Positions 1 through 9,760 of a stretch of DNA of 64,000 nucleotides are shown here, piece after piece. The DNA is taken from NCBI GenBank assembly GCA_002733495.1, contig NVVV01000004.1, positions 32,806 through 96,805 on the forward strand. The letters are read 5' to 3'. This stretch comes from Robiginitomaculum sp. (GTDB lineage: Bacteria > Pseudomonadota > Alphaproteobacteria > Caulobacterales > Maricaulaceae). The position numbers were made by a program, and so were the translations under genes. Numbering within the stretch: position 1 is the stretch's first letter; each line of letters opens with the position of its first letter. The notes under the pieces were generated by a model. It did not search any database and was not told where the DNA came from. It was given only the letters and a program-made list of their open reading frames with translations.

Positions 1-561
1 ACCGGATCGTTTTTTACCCATTGGCAAAAGCACGACCATACGGGCCTGCCTGTGCAAAAAATATCGTCTTATGAGACGGATCCAGCGTTTATTGACGCCC
101 ATGTAGAGGCAATCACCGCACATTTTTCGCAAAACGGTGCGCCGCCGAATATCCGGGTAATTATGTCGGCACATGGTCTGCCGGAGAAAATCATTGCGGC
201 GGGGGACCCTTATCAGCGCCAGATTGAGGCAAGCTGTGCTGCAATTAAAGATAAACTTCCCAACGCCTTGCAGGATATGAAAATTGCCTATCAAAGCCGG
301 GTGGGGCCGCTAAAATGGATTGGTCCTTCGACACTGGATGGAATCAACCGCGCGGCAAATGAGAAAAAAGGTGTTTTGATTGTGCCCATTGCCTTTGTCT
401 CAGAGCATATAGAAACCCTGGTCGAACTTGATATAGACTATCGCAAACAAGCTGAGAGTATGGGCATAAAGACCTATCTACGGGTGCCGGCATTGGGTAT
501 AGCGCCAAGCTATATCCATGCGCTGTCCGAACAGGTAAAAGCGGCGATGAAAGAGAAATAG
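1..561 (+). CDS. hemH: ferrochelatase, C-terminal part (5' end lies outside the window)
   Basis: Frame 1 is open from nt 1. The translation (..SAHGLPEKIIAAGDPYQ.., ..LIVPIAFVSEHIETLVELD..) matches the conserved C-terminal blocks of ferrochelatase. hemJ follows immediately. Confidence 0.85.
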   Translation, partial: TGSFFTHWQKHDHTGLPVQKISSYETDPAFIDAHVEAITAHFSQNGAPPNIRVIMSAHGLPEKIIAAGDPYQRQIEASCAAIKDKLPNALQDMKIAYQSRVGPLKWIGPSTLDGINRAANEKKGVLIVPIAFVSEHIETLVELDIDYRKQAESMGIKTYLRVPALGIAPSYIHALSEQVKAAMKEK

Positions 562-562
562 A

Positions 563-1024
563 ATGAACTTTCTGGCGGAAAATTACGACATCTGGCGGGC
601 TGGGCATATCCTTAGTGTGATTGGTTGGATGGCCGGGCTGTTATATTTACCGCGTCTTTTTATCTATCATTTCAAGGCCAAAAGCGGCGGTGAGTTGGAA
701 ACATCGCTGATTGTGCAGGAACAAAAACTGTTGCGGATGATCATGAACCCGGCTTTTGTTTTAACCTGGGTTTTTGGCATTTTGCTGATCTTTTCCAATG
801 CTGGACGTGCGGGGGGTTGGAGTATTTTTCTGGCCTGGCCGTGGATCCTAAAATTTACCCTGATTACGCTGATGACCCTGTTGCATCATTACTTTGCCAT
901 TGCCAGAAAACACTTCGCTGCGGGGAAACGACCTTTGAGCGAGAAAAAATGGCGCTTTATCAATGAAGCCCCGGCTGTGCTGGCCATTTTGATTGTTATC
1001 ATTGCCGTGGTGTGGATCCGCTAG
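563..1024 (+). CDS. hemJ: protoporphyrinogen IX oxidase HemJ (UPF0093 membrane protein)
   Basis: A 153-aa multi-TM protein with the N-terminal block WRAGHILSVIGWMAGLLYLPRLFIYH typical of HemJ. There is a 1-nt gap after the hemH stop codon. Confidence 0.8.
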   Translation: MNFLAENYDIWRAGHILSVIGWMAGLLYLPRLFIYHFKAKSGGELETSLIVQEQKLLRMIMNPAFVLTWVFGILLIFSNAGRAGGWSIFLAWPWILKFTLITLMTLLHHYFAIARKHFAAGKRPLSEKKWRFINEAPAVLAILIVIIAVVWIR

Positions 1025-1199
1025 GAACAAGACCTTAAACCGTTATGGTGCTTGACCTAGTGCCCGACACATGCTTTTAAAACCTTTCCCAAAAGGCGGC
1101 ACCCTTTTAAGGTTTGCCGCTACACACCCAAATCACAAATAATTTTCCGCCCGTTTCCGCCCATCTTTGTGCGCATAGACAGGAAAATAAGGAAAATTC

Positions 1200-2570
1200 G
1201 TGCAGGAGTTCCAGCAGATTATGACTGTTGAAGATAATGACGATAATGAAGAATGCGAAGATGTGCCGATTGAAGAGCCGGTAAAAAAAGAGCGGCCCGA
1301 AGGCATGACCCGCATGACCTTGCAGGAATTAAAAGAAAAAGACCCCAAGGATTTGCTAAAACTGGCCGAATCCCTTGAGATCGAAAACGCCTCGACCATG
1401 CGCAAACAAGATATGATGTTTGCCATTTTGAAAGACCTGGCCGAGCGCGATGTGGAAATCCATGGCGGCGGGGTTTTGGAAACCCTGCAGGACGGATTTG
1501 GGTTTTTACGCTCTCCAGAATCTAATTATCTGGCCGGCCCGGATGATATTTATGTCAGCCCCTCGCAAATTCGCAAACTTGGTCTGCGTACAGGCGATAC
1601 GGTTGAGGGCGAAATTCGCAGCCCCCGTGCTGGCGAGCGTTATTTTGCTCTGGTCAAAACGCTAGCGATTAATTTTGAAGAGCCGGAAAAAGCCCGCCAT
1701 AAAATCCTGTTTGATAATCTGACGCCGCTTTATCCCGATGAGCAGATGAAAATGGAAACCGACGATCCCGCCATTAAAGATCGCTCGGGCCGGGTCATTG
1801 ATATTGTGGCGCCTTTGGGCAAAGGCCAGCGGGCGCTGATTGTCGCACCACCGCGCACAGGTAAAACCGTTTTATTACAAAACATTGCCCATGCGATTGA
1901 GGCCAACCACCCTGAATGCTTCCTGATTGTGCTGCTTATTGATGAGCGCCCTGAAGAAGTGACTGACATGCAACGCTCGGTTAAAGGCGAAGTGGTTTCC
2001 TCCACATTTGATGAGCCCGCCACCCGGCACGTGCAAGTAGCGGAAATGGTGATCGAAAAAGCCAAACGCCTGGTCGAACATGGCCGCGATGTGGTGATTT
2101 TACTCGATTCCATCACTCGTCTGGGCCGGGCTTATAACACCGTTGTGCCTTCTTCGGGCAAAGTGTTGACCGGCGGTGTGGATGCTAATGCCCTGCAACG
2201 GCCAAAACGCTTTTTTGGTGCGGCGCGGAACATTGAAAACGGTGGGTCTTTGAGCATTATTTCCACAGCCTTGGTGGACACCGGCTCGCGCATGGATGAA
2301 GTGATCTTTGAAGAGTTTAAAGGCACGGGCAATTCAGAAATTGTTCTGGACCGCAAAGTCTCTGACAAAAGGGTCTTTCCGGCCATTGATGTTACCAAGT
2401 CCGGTACCCGTAAAGAAGAGCTGCTGGTGCCCAAGGACGTGTTGCAGAAAATGTTTGTGCTGCGCCGCATCCTTAATCCTATGGGGACCACGGACGGTAT
2501 TGAATTCCTTTTGGAGAAACTGCGCCAGACGAAAAACAATGATGAGTTTTTTGATAGCATGAATACCTAA
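1200..2570 (+). CDS. rho: transcription termination factor Rho
   Basis: Contains [30 protein letters not shown], the Walker A motif [19 protein letters not shown], and [13 protein letters not shown]. The start is ambiguous: GTG 1200, ATG 1221 or ATG 1305. An acidic N-terminal extension is present if an early start is used. Confidence 0.9.
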   Translation: MQEFQQIMTVEDNDDNEECEDVPIEEPVKKERPEGMTRMTLQELKEKDPKDLLKLAESLEIENASTMRKQDMMFAILKDLAERDVEIHGGGVLETLQDGFGFLRSPESNYLAGPDDIYVSPSQIRKLGLRTGDTVEGEIRSPRAGERYFALVKTLAINFEEPEKARHKILFDNLTPLYPDEQMKMETDDPAIKDRSGRVIDIVAPLGKGQRALIVAPPRTGKTVLLQNIAHAIEANHPECFLIVLLIDERPEEVTDMQRSVKGEVVSSTFDEPATRHVQVAEMVIEKAKRLVEHGRDVVILLDSITRLGRAYNTVVPSSGKVLTGGVDANALQRPKRFFGAARNIENGGSLSIISTALVDTGSRMDEVIFEEFKGTGNSEIVLDRKVSDKRVFPAIDVTKSGTRKEELLVPKDVLQKMFVLRRILNPMGTTDGIEFLLEKLRQTKNNDEFFDSMNT

Positions 2571-2580
2571 AGGCTCACTC

Positions 2581-2851
2581 ATGGCCATCACGCTTTTTCA
2601 TGCCCGGCGTACCCGCTCTTTGTGGCCCTTATGGCTGCTCGAAGAAATATGAGCTGCACACCTTGGCCTTTAAAATGGGCGATACGGGTGGCAAAGACTT
2701 TGCCAAAACAAACCCCTTGCAAAAAGCGCCAGCGCTGAATGATGGTGATCAGACCCTGCCGGAATCTGTGGTCAGAATGGATTATCTGATGGGGCGTTAT
2801 GGCCCCACGGCGTTCAGCGTTGGTGCGCAATTTCTAAATAACACCCTCTAA
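2581..2851 (+). pseudogene. glutathione S-transferase remnant (frameshifted N-terminal domain, C-terminal domain missing)
   Basis: Frame 1 reads MAITLFHARRTRSLWPLWLLEEI and then hits a stop (2581-2652). Frame 2 continues as YELHTLAFKMGDTGGKDFAKTNPLQKAPALNDGDQTLPESVVRMDYL, the GST N-terminal thioredoxin-like domain, and stops at 2851 with no C-terminal helical domain. Confidence 0.6.
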
Positions 2852-2944
2852 GCAACAGCCAGACCCGCTGGCTGGTTATACTCGGGTATGACCAGCGCAC
2901 AGGCGGTAACGGTCAGGTGAAGAGATGACAGAATAGCCATATTT

Positions 2945-3643
2945 TCATGCGCGCAAGGCGTTTTCCAGAAAGCCCAGCGTGCGTTTATGGGCGAGCTTTG
3001 CATCGCCCTCATGATAATGCGTGCCCATGGGCCGGGCAAAGGCATGGTCTCTGTCAGGGTAAAAACAGGTGGTCACCAGTGTGTTGTTTTCAAAGGTTTT
3101 TATAACGCTTTTCTGGGCACTTGGCGGCACAAACTCATCCTTGCCGGCAATATGCAGCATCAATGGTTTGGTGATATTTTCTACCTCATCCAGCAGGTTT
3201 TCAATGCCGACACCATAGTAGGAGACAGAGGCGTCTGTGTCGGTGCGCGCGGCACAAAGGTAAGCCAGATTGCCACCAAGGCAAAACCCCAGCGTGCCCA
3301 CGCGCCCATCACAAGACGGGTGCTTTCTAAGGGCGGTAATACTGGCGGCGATGTCGGTCATACCGTTTTGGGTGTCAAAAAGACCGTAAAGTTCAAAGGC
3401 GCGTTTCATCTCTGCATCGGTTTTATCGGTAATCTCGATGCCCGGCTCTATGCGCCAGAAAAGGTCCGGGCAATAGGCGCAATAGCCTTCACGGGCCAGC
3501 CAGTCGCAAATGGCCTGCATAGAGGCGTTAACACCAAAAATTTCCTGTAAAACTACAATGCCCGGCGCCGGCAGGGTTTTAGGCAAAGCCAGATAACCTG
3601 AAAACGTGCCATCATCGGTGGAAATCATAAGGGAGTCAGACAT
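2945..3643 (-). CDS. dienelactone hydrolase family protein (carboxymethylenebutenolidase-like)
   Basis: Contains GIVVLQEIFGVN.., the nucleophile elbow GFCLGG, and ..HIAGKDEFVP...DHAF. The start was chosen at MSDSLMIS (ATG 3643). The longer ORF reaching 3688 has no better support. Confidence 0.8.
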   Translation of the reverse strand: MSDSLMISTDDGTFSGYLALPKTLPAPGIVVLQEIFGVNASMQAICDWLAREGYCAYCPDLFWRIEPGIEITDKTDAEMKRAFELYGLFDTQNGMTDIAASITALRKHPSCDGRVGTLGFCLGGNLAYLCAARTDTDASVSYYGVGIENLLDEVENITKPLMLHIAGKDEFVPPSAQKSVIKTFENNTLVTTCFYPDRDHAFARPMGTHYHEGDAKLAHKRTLGFLENALRA

Positions 3644-3732
3644 GGAAAACCTCTGTAGCTTTTTATAGGAAAGGCTGTAACGGCCCACCAGATTAGATTA
3701 GAGTGCAAGTCCTGATTATGAGGGGAAAGACG

Positions 3733-3972
3733 ATGAAGGTCAAAATAGATATTTCCTGCACGCCAGAAGAAGCCCGCAGCTTTTTTGGCTTGCCTGATGT
3801 GCGCGCCCTGAACGAAACCCTGACCGAAGAAATGACCAAACGGATGCAGGATAACATTGCTGAGCTGTCGCCAGATGCCCTGATGGGACAATGGATGTCG
3901 CTCGGCGGAAAAATGAGCGAACAGTTTATGGGTCTGATGTCGGGCATGGGTAAAGGCGAAACGACCAAATAA
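3733..3972 (+). CDS. small conserved hypothetical protein
   Basis: A 79-aa ORF (MKVKIDISCTPEEARSFFGLPDV...) with the RBS AGGGGAAAG 3-11 nt upstream. It lies 2 nt before the mnmE start. The composition looks coding. I do not recognise a function. Confidence 0.5.
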   Translation: MKVKIDISCTPEEARSFFGLPDVRALNETLTEEMTKRMQDNIAELSPDALMGQWMSLGGKMSEQFMGLMSGMGKGETTK

Positions 3973-3974
3973 CC

Positions 3975-5333
3975 GTGACGCCGTATCAACCCACAATTTT
4001 TGCACTGGCAACCCCGCCCGGAAAGTCCGGGCTGGCGGTTTTGCGTATAAGTGGCAAGAAAGCCTATGCATTATTGCAAACCTTGAGTGGTGGCCGGGAC
4101 TTTACGCCCCGCATGGCAAGCGTTGCGGCGCTTTATGCCGCAGAACAGGCGACGCCGTTCGATACGGCTCTGGTTTTGTTTTTCCAGGCCCCAGCCAGCT
4201 TTACTGGCGAAGATGTGGTCGAGCTGCACCTTCATGGCGGCCCAGCCATTATCGAGGCCGCCAGCGCGACGCTGTTGGCACTGGGGGCAGAGCCTGCCGG
4301 CCCCGGTGATTTTACCCGCCGCGCTTTTGAAAATGGAAAAATGGACCTGGTACAGGCCGAAGCCATTGCCGACCTTATAGATGCGCAAACCCGGGGGCAG
4401 TTGGAACAGGCACAAAGACAGTTAAAAGGCGACCTTGGCGAGCTTTATGGCACGTGGCGCAAAGCCTTAACAACGATCCGCGCCCAGATCGAAGCCTGCA
4501 TAGATTTTCCCGAAGAAGAGGACGTTATCAATGAGGCGCTAACGGCGCTGGGACCAAAGGTTACGAGCCTTACTTCACAAATTCATGCGCATTTACAGGA
4601 CCATAAGCGCGGCGAGCGGGTGCGTGAAGGCTTGAGCATAGCGCTGATCGGTGCGGTTAATGCGGGAAAATCCACGCTGTTAAACGCGCTTGCGGGCGAA
4701 GAGGCAGCGATCGTCTCCGCCGAGCCAGGCACCACCCGCGATGTGGTGCGTGTCCGCCTGGACCTGGGCGGATTTCTGGTCGAGCTGGCCGATACGGCGG
4801 GCCTTCGCCGTTCTCGCCATGACATTGAAAAAGAGGGTATAAAGAGGGCAAGGGCCACAGCAAAAAACGCGGACCTTCGTATTTTGGTTGTTGATTCCAG
4901 CGACGAAGAGGATTGTGATGCAGAGGTTTTATCCATGTTGCGCGATGGTGATTTTGTTGTTTTTAACAAACAAGACAAACTGTCGGGCAAAGAGACAAAA
5001 AGGGTAATTCAGAGCGCCGCAAAGCTGCAAACCCATGATCTGAGTGCAAAAGAGGGGCAAAACATTGATAATTTTGTCCAGGCCCTAGAGGCGCATGTCA
5101 CGGCTTTGCTTGGCGCCCAGGAAAGCCCCAGCCTGACCCGGGCGCGACACCGGCTAGCCCTGGAAGAGACCTGCCGGGCATTGTCTTTGGCCGTGCAGCT
5201 TTTGGAAGACAGCCCGGAACTGGCAGGCGAGCATTTGCGCGAAGCCGGGGCGGCGCTGGGTCAGATAACCGGGGAGGCGGGTACAGAAGAGGTGTTGGGG
5301 AAAATCTTCAGCGCCTTTTGTATCGGCAAGTGA
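3975..5333 (+). CDS. mnmE: tRNA uridine-5-carboxymethylaminomethyl modification GTPase MnmE
   Basis: Contains TIFALATPPGKSGLAVLRISG at the N-terminus, the G-domain motifs GAVNAGKSTLLNAL and DTAG, and the C-terminal FCIGK. GTG start. Confidence 0.92.
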   Translation: MTPYQPTIFALATPPGKSGLAVLRISGKKAYALLQTLSGGRDFTPRMASVAALYAAEQATPFDTALVLFFQAPASFTGEDVVELHLHGGPAIIEAASATLLALGAEPAGPGDFTRRAFENGKMDLVQAEAIADLIDAQTRGQLEQAQRQLKGDLGELYGTWRKALTTIRAQIEACIDFPEEEDVINEALTALGPKVTSLTSQIHAHLQDHKRGERVREGLSIALIGAVNAGKSTLLNALAGEEAAIVSAEPGTTRDVVRVRLDLGGFLVELADTAGLRRSRHDIEKEGIKRARATAKNADLRILVVDSSDEEDCDAEVLSMLRDGDFVVFNKQDKLSGKETKRVIQSAAKLQTHDLSAKEGQNIDNFVQALEAHVTALLGAQESPSLTRARHRLALEETCRALSLAVQLLEDSPELAGEHLREAGAALGQITGEAGTEEVLGKIFSAFCIGK

Positions 5334-5436
5334 CAGGGCATGGTTTAGCCTGATAATTTAACCACATTAATACGCGGGGCTTTAGTTGACGTCTGTGGCT
5401 GAATTAATAAGCCGAAATGAAAAGCCTTGGCCCAAA

Positions 5437-5452
5437 TGTTTCACGTGAAACA
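5437..5452. promoter_or_regulatory. parS centromere site (perfect TGTTTCACGTGAAACA), centre of a 28-bp perfect palindrome at 5431-5458
   Basis: An exact match to the 16-bp ParB-binding parS consensus. It lies in the mnmE-mnmG intergenic region, 2.6 kb upstream of parA. Confidence 0.85.
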
Positions 5453-5533
5453 TTTGGGGGCTTTATGACATGCAGATTAGACATTCCTGCCTGATAAGGC
5501 TATGCAGCGCGCCTTAATGAACACGGCAGAGTT

Positions 5534-7435
5534 ATGCAAAAACCAGACAAAATATGGCCAGAGAGACTATGGGACGTGATCGTCATTGGCGGTGGTCATG
5601 CGGGCTGCGAAGCGGCTGCTGCGTCCGCGCGCATGGGCGCATCGACTCTGCTGATCAGTCCCAGCCGCGATAATTTTGGCCAAATGTCGTGCAATCCGGC
5701 CATTGGCGGCATTGGCAAGGGGCATTTGGTGCGCGAAGTGGATGCGCTGGACGGCTTGATGGGCAAGGCGGCGGATGCCTCGGGCATTCAATTTCGCCTG
5801 CTGAACCGCAGCAAGGGACCTGCGGTACAAGGGCCGCGCACACAATCGGACCGCAAGCTTTATCAGGCGGCAATGGCCGCTTTGATTGCAGCGCAAGAGG
5901 GCCTTGTTACCTGCGAAGACCGGGTTGAAGATATAGAGATCAACAACAAGGCCGTAAAGGCGGTGCTGTGCGCCAGCGGCGCGCGCTATCGTTGCGGCGC
6001 GGTGGTGCTGACCACGGGCACGTTTTTGAACGGCGTTATTCATCGCGGCAATGTACAGCAGGCGGCGGGGCGGTATGGCGAAGCGCCGTCAATTGGTCTG
6101 GCGCGCACCTTGGCCGCCCTGAACTTGCCCATGGGGCGGCTGAAAACTGGCACACCGGCGCGTTTGGTAAAGGACAGCATCAACTGGGCTTCGCTGGAAA
6201 TGCAGGCCGCAGACGAACACCCGGTGCCTTTGTCTTTTTTGACAGACACCATCACCGTGCCGCAAATACCTTGCGCGATTAGCTGGACCAATCCCAAAAC
6301 CCATAAAATTATTGCAGACAATATTGGGCTTTCGTCCATGCATGCTGGCAATATTAGCGGTACAGGTCCGCGCTATTGCCCGGCGATCGAAGATAAAATC
6401 ACACGTTTTGCCGATAAAGATGGCCATCAGGTGTTTTTAGAGCCTGAAGGACTGGATAGCCCGCTTATTTATCCCAATGGCATTTCCACGTCTTTGCCGG
6501 ATGATGTGCAGGATGCGTTTTTGCGCACCATGGTGGGCATGGAAAATGTGCGGGTGCACCGTTATGGCTATGCCATTGAATATGATTATGTGGACCCGCG
6601 CGCCCTAAAATCCAGTCTGCAAATCAAGGGCGTTCAAGGCTTTTACCTCGCCGGGCAAATCAACGGCACCACCGGCTATGAAGAGGCGGCGGCGCAAGGG
6701 GTGTTGGCAGGCTTGAATGCAGCGCTTTTCGTTGGCGGGTCCGCGCCCTTTGTGCCGGACCGCAGCGAAGCCTATCTTGGGGTGATGGTGGATGATCTGA
6801 CCAGCCACGGGGTGAGTGAGCCCTATCGGATGTATACTTCGCGGGCGGAATATCGCCTCAGCCTGCGTGCTGATAATGCCGATCAGCGCCTGACCCCCAT
6901 GGGCCAAACACTGGGATGTATTGGCAAGACGCGCCGCATTGCCTTTGCAAAAAAAATTGAGGCTCTTGATAGCGCCCGCGTTTTGGCAAGGTCCTGCAAT
7001 AAGACGCCGCAAGGCCTGTCAAAAGAGGGGATTAAAATTAATCAGGACGGGGTGCGCCGTACGCCGTTGGACCTTTTGGCTTATCCGAACATCAAATGGG
7101 ATGATGTGGTGCGCGTCTGGCCGGAATTAACCGCGATAGGCTCAAAAATTGCTGAACAACTTTCCATAGATGCCCGTTATGCCGGGTATCTGGAGCGCCA
7201 ACAGCGCGATGTTCGGCGGTTTAAAAAAGAAGAACACCAGCGCTTGCCCGAGGATATGGATTACAGCCACATCTCAGGTCTTTCCAATGAAGCAAAGGAA
7301 AAACTGATCAAGGCGCAGCCCGAAACCCTGGGTCAGGCAGGGCGCCTAGAAGGGGTTTCCGCCGGGGCGCTGGCGCTATTGTCTCATTATGTGAAGCGCG
7401 CAGGCAAACAAAAAGCGGCGAATCAAAGCCAATGA
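5534..7435 (+). CDS. mnmG: tRNA uridine 5-carboxymethylaminomethyl modification enzyme MnmG (GidA)
   Basis: Contains the FAD-binding N-terminus [15 protein letters not shown] and the motifs [11 protein letters not shown] and [11 protein letters not shown]. 633 aa. Confidence 0.95.
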   Translation: MQKPDKIWPERLWDVIVIGGGHAGCEAAAASARMGASTLLISPSRDNFGQMSCNPAIGGIGKGHLVREVDALDGLMGKAADASGIQFRLLNRSKGPAVQGPRTQSDRKLYQAAMAALIAAQEGLVTCEDRVEDIEINNKAVKAVLCASGARYRCGAVVLTTGTFLNGVIHRGNVQQAAGRYGEAPSIGLARTLAALNLPMGRLKTGTPARLVKDSINWASLEMQAADEHPVPLSFLTDTITVPQIPCAISWTNPKTHKIIADNIGLSSMHAGNISGTGPRYCPAIEDKITRFADKDGHQVFLEPEGLDSPLIYPNGISTSLPDDVQDAFLRTMVGMENVRVHRYGYAIEYDYVDPRALKSSLQIKGVQGFYLAGQINGTTGYEEAAAQGVLAGLNAALFVGGSAPFVPDRSEAYLGVMVDDLTSHGVSEPYRMYTSRAEYRLSLRADNADQRLTPMGQTLGCIGKTRRIAFAKKIEALDSARVLARSCNKTPQGLSKEGIKINQDGVRRTPLDLLAYPNIKWDDVVRVWPELTAIGSKIAEQLSIDARYAGYLERQQRDVRRFKKEEHQRLPEDMDYSHISGLSNEAKEKLIKAQPETLGQAGRLEGVSAGALALLSHYVKRAGKQKAANQSQ

Positions 7436-8061
7436 ACGGGTTAAACGGCCAAGGGGTTTTTCAGGATCACTTGAATGTTTCACGTGAAACACTGGACAGG
7501 TTTTCCATATGGCAGGCGTTGTTGGAAAAGTGGTCCAGGCGCATAAACCTAGTGGCGCCCGGCACGCTGGATGATTTTTGGGTGCGTCATGCGCTGGATA
7601 GTGCGCAATTGGCGGCTTTGGTACCAAAAAACGCGCAAAAAGGCGTTGATCTTGGTTCTGGCGCGGGGTTTCCGGGCATTGCCTTGGCCTTGATGCGCAG
7701 GGAAGAGAACCCAATTCACATGGTTTTGGTGGAATCAAACGCCAAAAAGGCTGCGTTTTTGCGGGTTTGTATTGAAGAAACCGGCGCGCCCGCAGAAGTG
7801 GTCTGCGCCCGATCTGAATCATTGCCCCCTATGGCCTATGATGTCATAACGGCCAGAGCGCTGGCGCCCTTGTCAAAACTTTTGCATCTCAGCGCTCCGT
7901 TTGTTGGAGAAAAGACGTTGCGGATATTCCAAAAGGGCGCAGATGTGGAGCGTGAATTGACGCAAGCCCGCAAGGACTGGGTGATGGATTATGAGAGCGT
8001 GCCCAGCCTGACTGAAAGCGGCGCAGTTATTTTGAAGATCAGAAAGGCCAAACGTGTCTGA
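7432..8061 (+). CDS. rsmG: 16S rRNA (guanine527-N7)-methyltransferase RsmG (GidB)
   Basis: Contains VSRETLDRF...W..RINLV and the SAM motif [12 protein letters not shown]. It has an ATGA overlap with the mnmG stop. Confidence 0.9.
   Translation: MNGLNGQGVFQDHLNVSRETLDRFSIWQALLEKWSRRINLVAPGTLDDFWVRHALDSAQLAALVPKNAQKGVDLGSGAGFPGIALALMRREENPIHMVLVESNAKKAAFLRVCIEETGAPAEVVCARSESLPPMAYDVITARALAPLSKLLHLSAPFVGEKTLRIFQKGADVERELTQARKDWVMDYESVPSLTESGAVILKIRKAKRV
7476..7491. promoter_or_regulatory. parS centromere site (perfect TGTTTCACGTGAAACA) inside the 5' end of rsmG
   Basis: An exact 16/16 match to the parS consensus. It encodes the conserved VSRET of RsmG. Confidence 0.85.
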
Positions 8062-8857
8062 CACACCTGAAAAAATGCGAATTATTGCGGTGGCCAACCA
8101 AAAAGGCGGTGTGGGCAAAACCACAACAACCATTAATCTGGCCACGGCCTTGTGCGCCATTGGTAAAAAAACCCTGATTTTAGATTTGGACCCGCAGGGC
8201 AATGCCTCCACAGGTGTGGGCGTCGGTCATGCGGCGCGCCACACGACCACCTATGACGTTCTGGTGCGCCAGGTGCCCTTGGCCAAATCTATAGTCCATA
8301 CCAGCATCCCCGGTCTGCACCTTGCCCCAGCTGAGGCCGACCTTGCCGGGGCAGAATTGGAAATGGCCAATGTGGCGCGCCGCTCACACCGCCTGAAAGA
8401 CGCGCTGGAGGTTTTGCGTAAAAATAATGACTATGCCTATATTCTCATAGACTGTCCGCCGTCCTTGAATGTGTTGACGGTCAATGCCCTGACGGCGGCG
8501 GATGCTTTGCTGGTGCCGCTGCAATGCGAATTTTTTGCACTGGAGGGCTTAAGCCAGCTTTTGCGTACGGTTGATCTGGTACGGGGAAATCTTAATCCAC
8601 GTCTGGAAATACAAGGGTTGGTGCTGACCATGTATGATCCGCGCAACAACCTTTCCAAACAGGTATCAGATGATGTGCGCGCGCATTTTGGTGACAAGGT
8701 CTATGAAACCGTAATCCCCAGAAATGTAAGGGTTTCCGAAGCGCCATCCTTTGGCAAACCAGTGTTGATTTATGATCATATGTGCGCCGGCAGCAAGGCT
8801 TATATGAAGCTGGCCAGCGAAGTTATCCGCCGTGAAAACAAGGTAAGAGCATTATGA
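8054..8857 (+). CDS. parA: chromosome partitioning ATPase ParA
   Basis: Contains the deviant Walker A motif NQKGGVGKTTTTINL, plus LDLDPQGN and IDCPPSL. The GTG start has GAAAGG upstream. It overlaps the rsmG stop. Confidence 0.93.
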   Translation: MSDTPEKMRIIAVANQKGGVGKTTTTINLATALCAIGKKTLILDLDPQGNASTGVGVGHAARHTTTYDVLVRQVPLAKSIVHTSIPGLHLAPAEADLAGAELEMANVARRSHRLKDALEVLRKNNDYAYILIDCPPSLNVLTVNALTAADALLVPLQCEFFALEGLSQLLRTVDLVRGNLNPRLEIQGLVLTMYDPRNNLSKQVSDDVRAHFGDKVYETVIPRNVRVSEAPSFGKPVLIYDHMCAGSKAYMKLASEVIRRENKVRAL

Positions 8858-9744
8858 GTGATACCGCCAAAGGGCCCAAAGGACAGAGGTTGGGCCGTGG
8901 TTTATCCGCGCTTTTGGGCGAAATGGAACCGCAGGACCGGGCCACGCCGAATATGGACAATGATAACTTTGTTCCTATTGAATCTTTGAAGCGGAACCCA
9001 GATCAGCCCCGGCGACGCTTTGATGAGGAAGCGCTTGAGGGTCTGGCACGCTCAATCGCCGAAAAGGGCATCCTGCAACCGATTATCGTGCGCCCCATAC
9101 CTGGCGGTGACGGGTTTCAAATCGTGGCGGGTGAGCGCCGCTGGCGCGCCGCACAACGGGCTGGTCTGCACGAAGTCCCTGTTCTTGCGCGTGATTTGTC
9201 TGATCGTGAGGTTATGGAAATCGCCCTGGTGGAAAACATCCAGCGCACGGACCTGGACCCGATAGAAGAAGCCAGAGGGTTTCAGGTTTTATCCGAACAG
9301 TTCAGTCATACACAAGAAGACATTGCCCGCGCCGTGGGGAAAAGCCGTGCGGCGATTGCCAATGCCATACGGCTATTGTCCTTGCCGGCCTCGGTGCAGG
9401 ACATGGTGTGTGATGGCCGCCTTAGCGCCGGTCATGGCCGAGCCTTGATCAATACGCCAAACCCAGAGGCGCTGGCGTCGCGTGTTGCGGCCCAAGGCCT
9501 GAATGTACGCCAGACCGAGGTTCTGGCTCGCGAGGCCAACGCTGCGCCAGAAACCAAAAGCCGGGGTAAAGCAGGCACGGTTAGCAAAGACCCGGACACG
9601 CTGGCGCTGGAAGATGATTTGACCCGCCGTCTGGGACTTGCCGTTTCCATAGCTTCAAAGGCCAATGGTTCAGGGTATATCCAGATCGGTTTTCGGACCC
9701 TGGAACAGCTTGATGATTTGTGCCGCCGCTTGACCCAGGATTAG
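8854..9744 (+). CDS. parB: chromosome partitioning protein ParB
   Basis: Contains the ParB boxes QPRRRFDEEAL and IVAGERRWRAA, plus LVENIQRTDL and an HTH region. It has an ATGA overlap with parA. Confidence 0.93.
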   Translation: MSDTAKGPKGQRLGRGLSALLGEMEPQDRATPNMDNDNFVPIESLKRNPDQPRRRFDEEALEGLARSIAEKGILQPIIVRPIPGGDGFQIVAGERRWRAAQRAGLHEVPVLARDLSDREVMEIALVENIQRTDLDPIEEARGFQVLSEQFSHTQEDIARAVGKSRAAIANAIRLLSLPASVQDMVCDGRLSAGHGRALINTPNPEALASRVAAQGLNVRQTEVLAREANAAPETKSRGKAGTVSKDPDTLALEDDLTRRLGLAVSIASKANGSGYIQIGFRTLEQLDDLCRRLTQD

Positions 9745-9760
9745 GGTTTTCCCTGCGGTT

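Noticed and set aside
1025-1199. Looked for oriC features (clusters of DnaA boxes TTATCCACA/TGTGGATAA, AT-rich unwinding repeats) in this spacer. I also looked in the spacers at 5334-5533 and 9745-9760.
   Set aside because: There is no convincing DnaA-box cluster. The hemJ-rho spacer contains only a GGCGGCA...TGCCGCT hairpin. The origin is probably outside this window.
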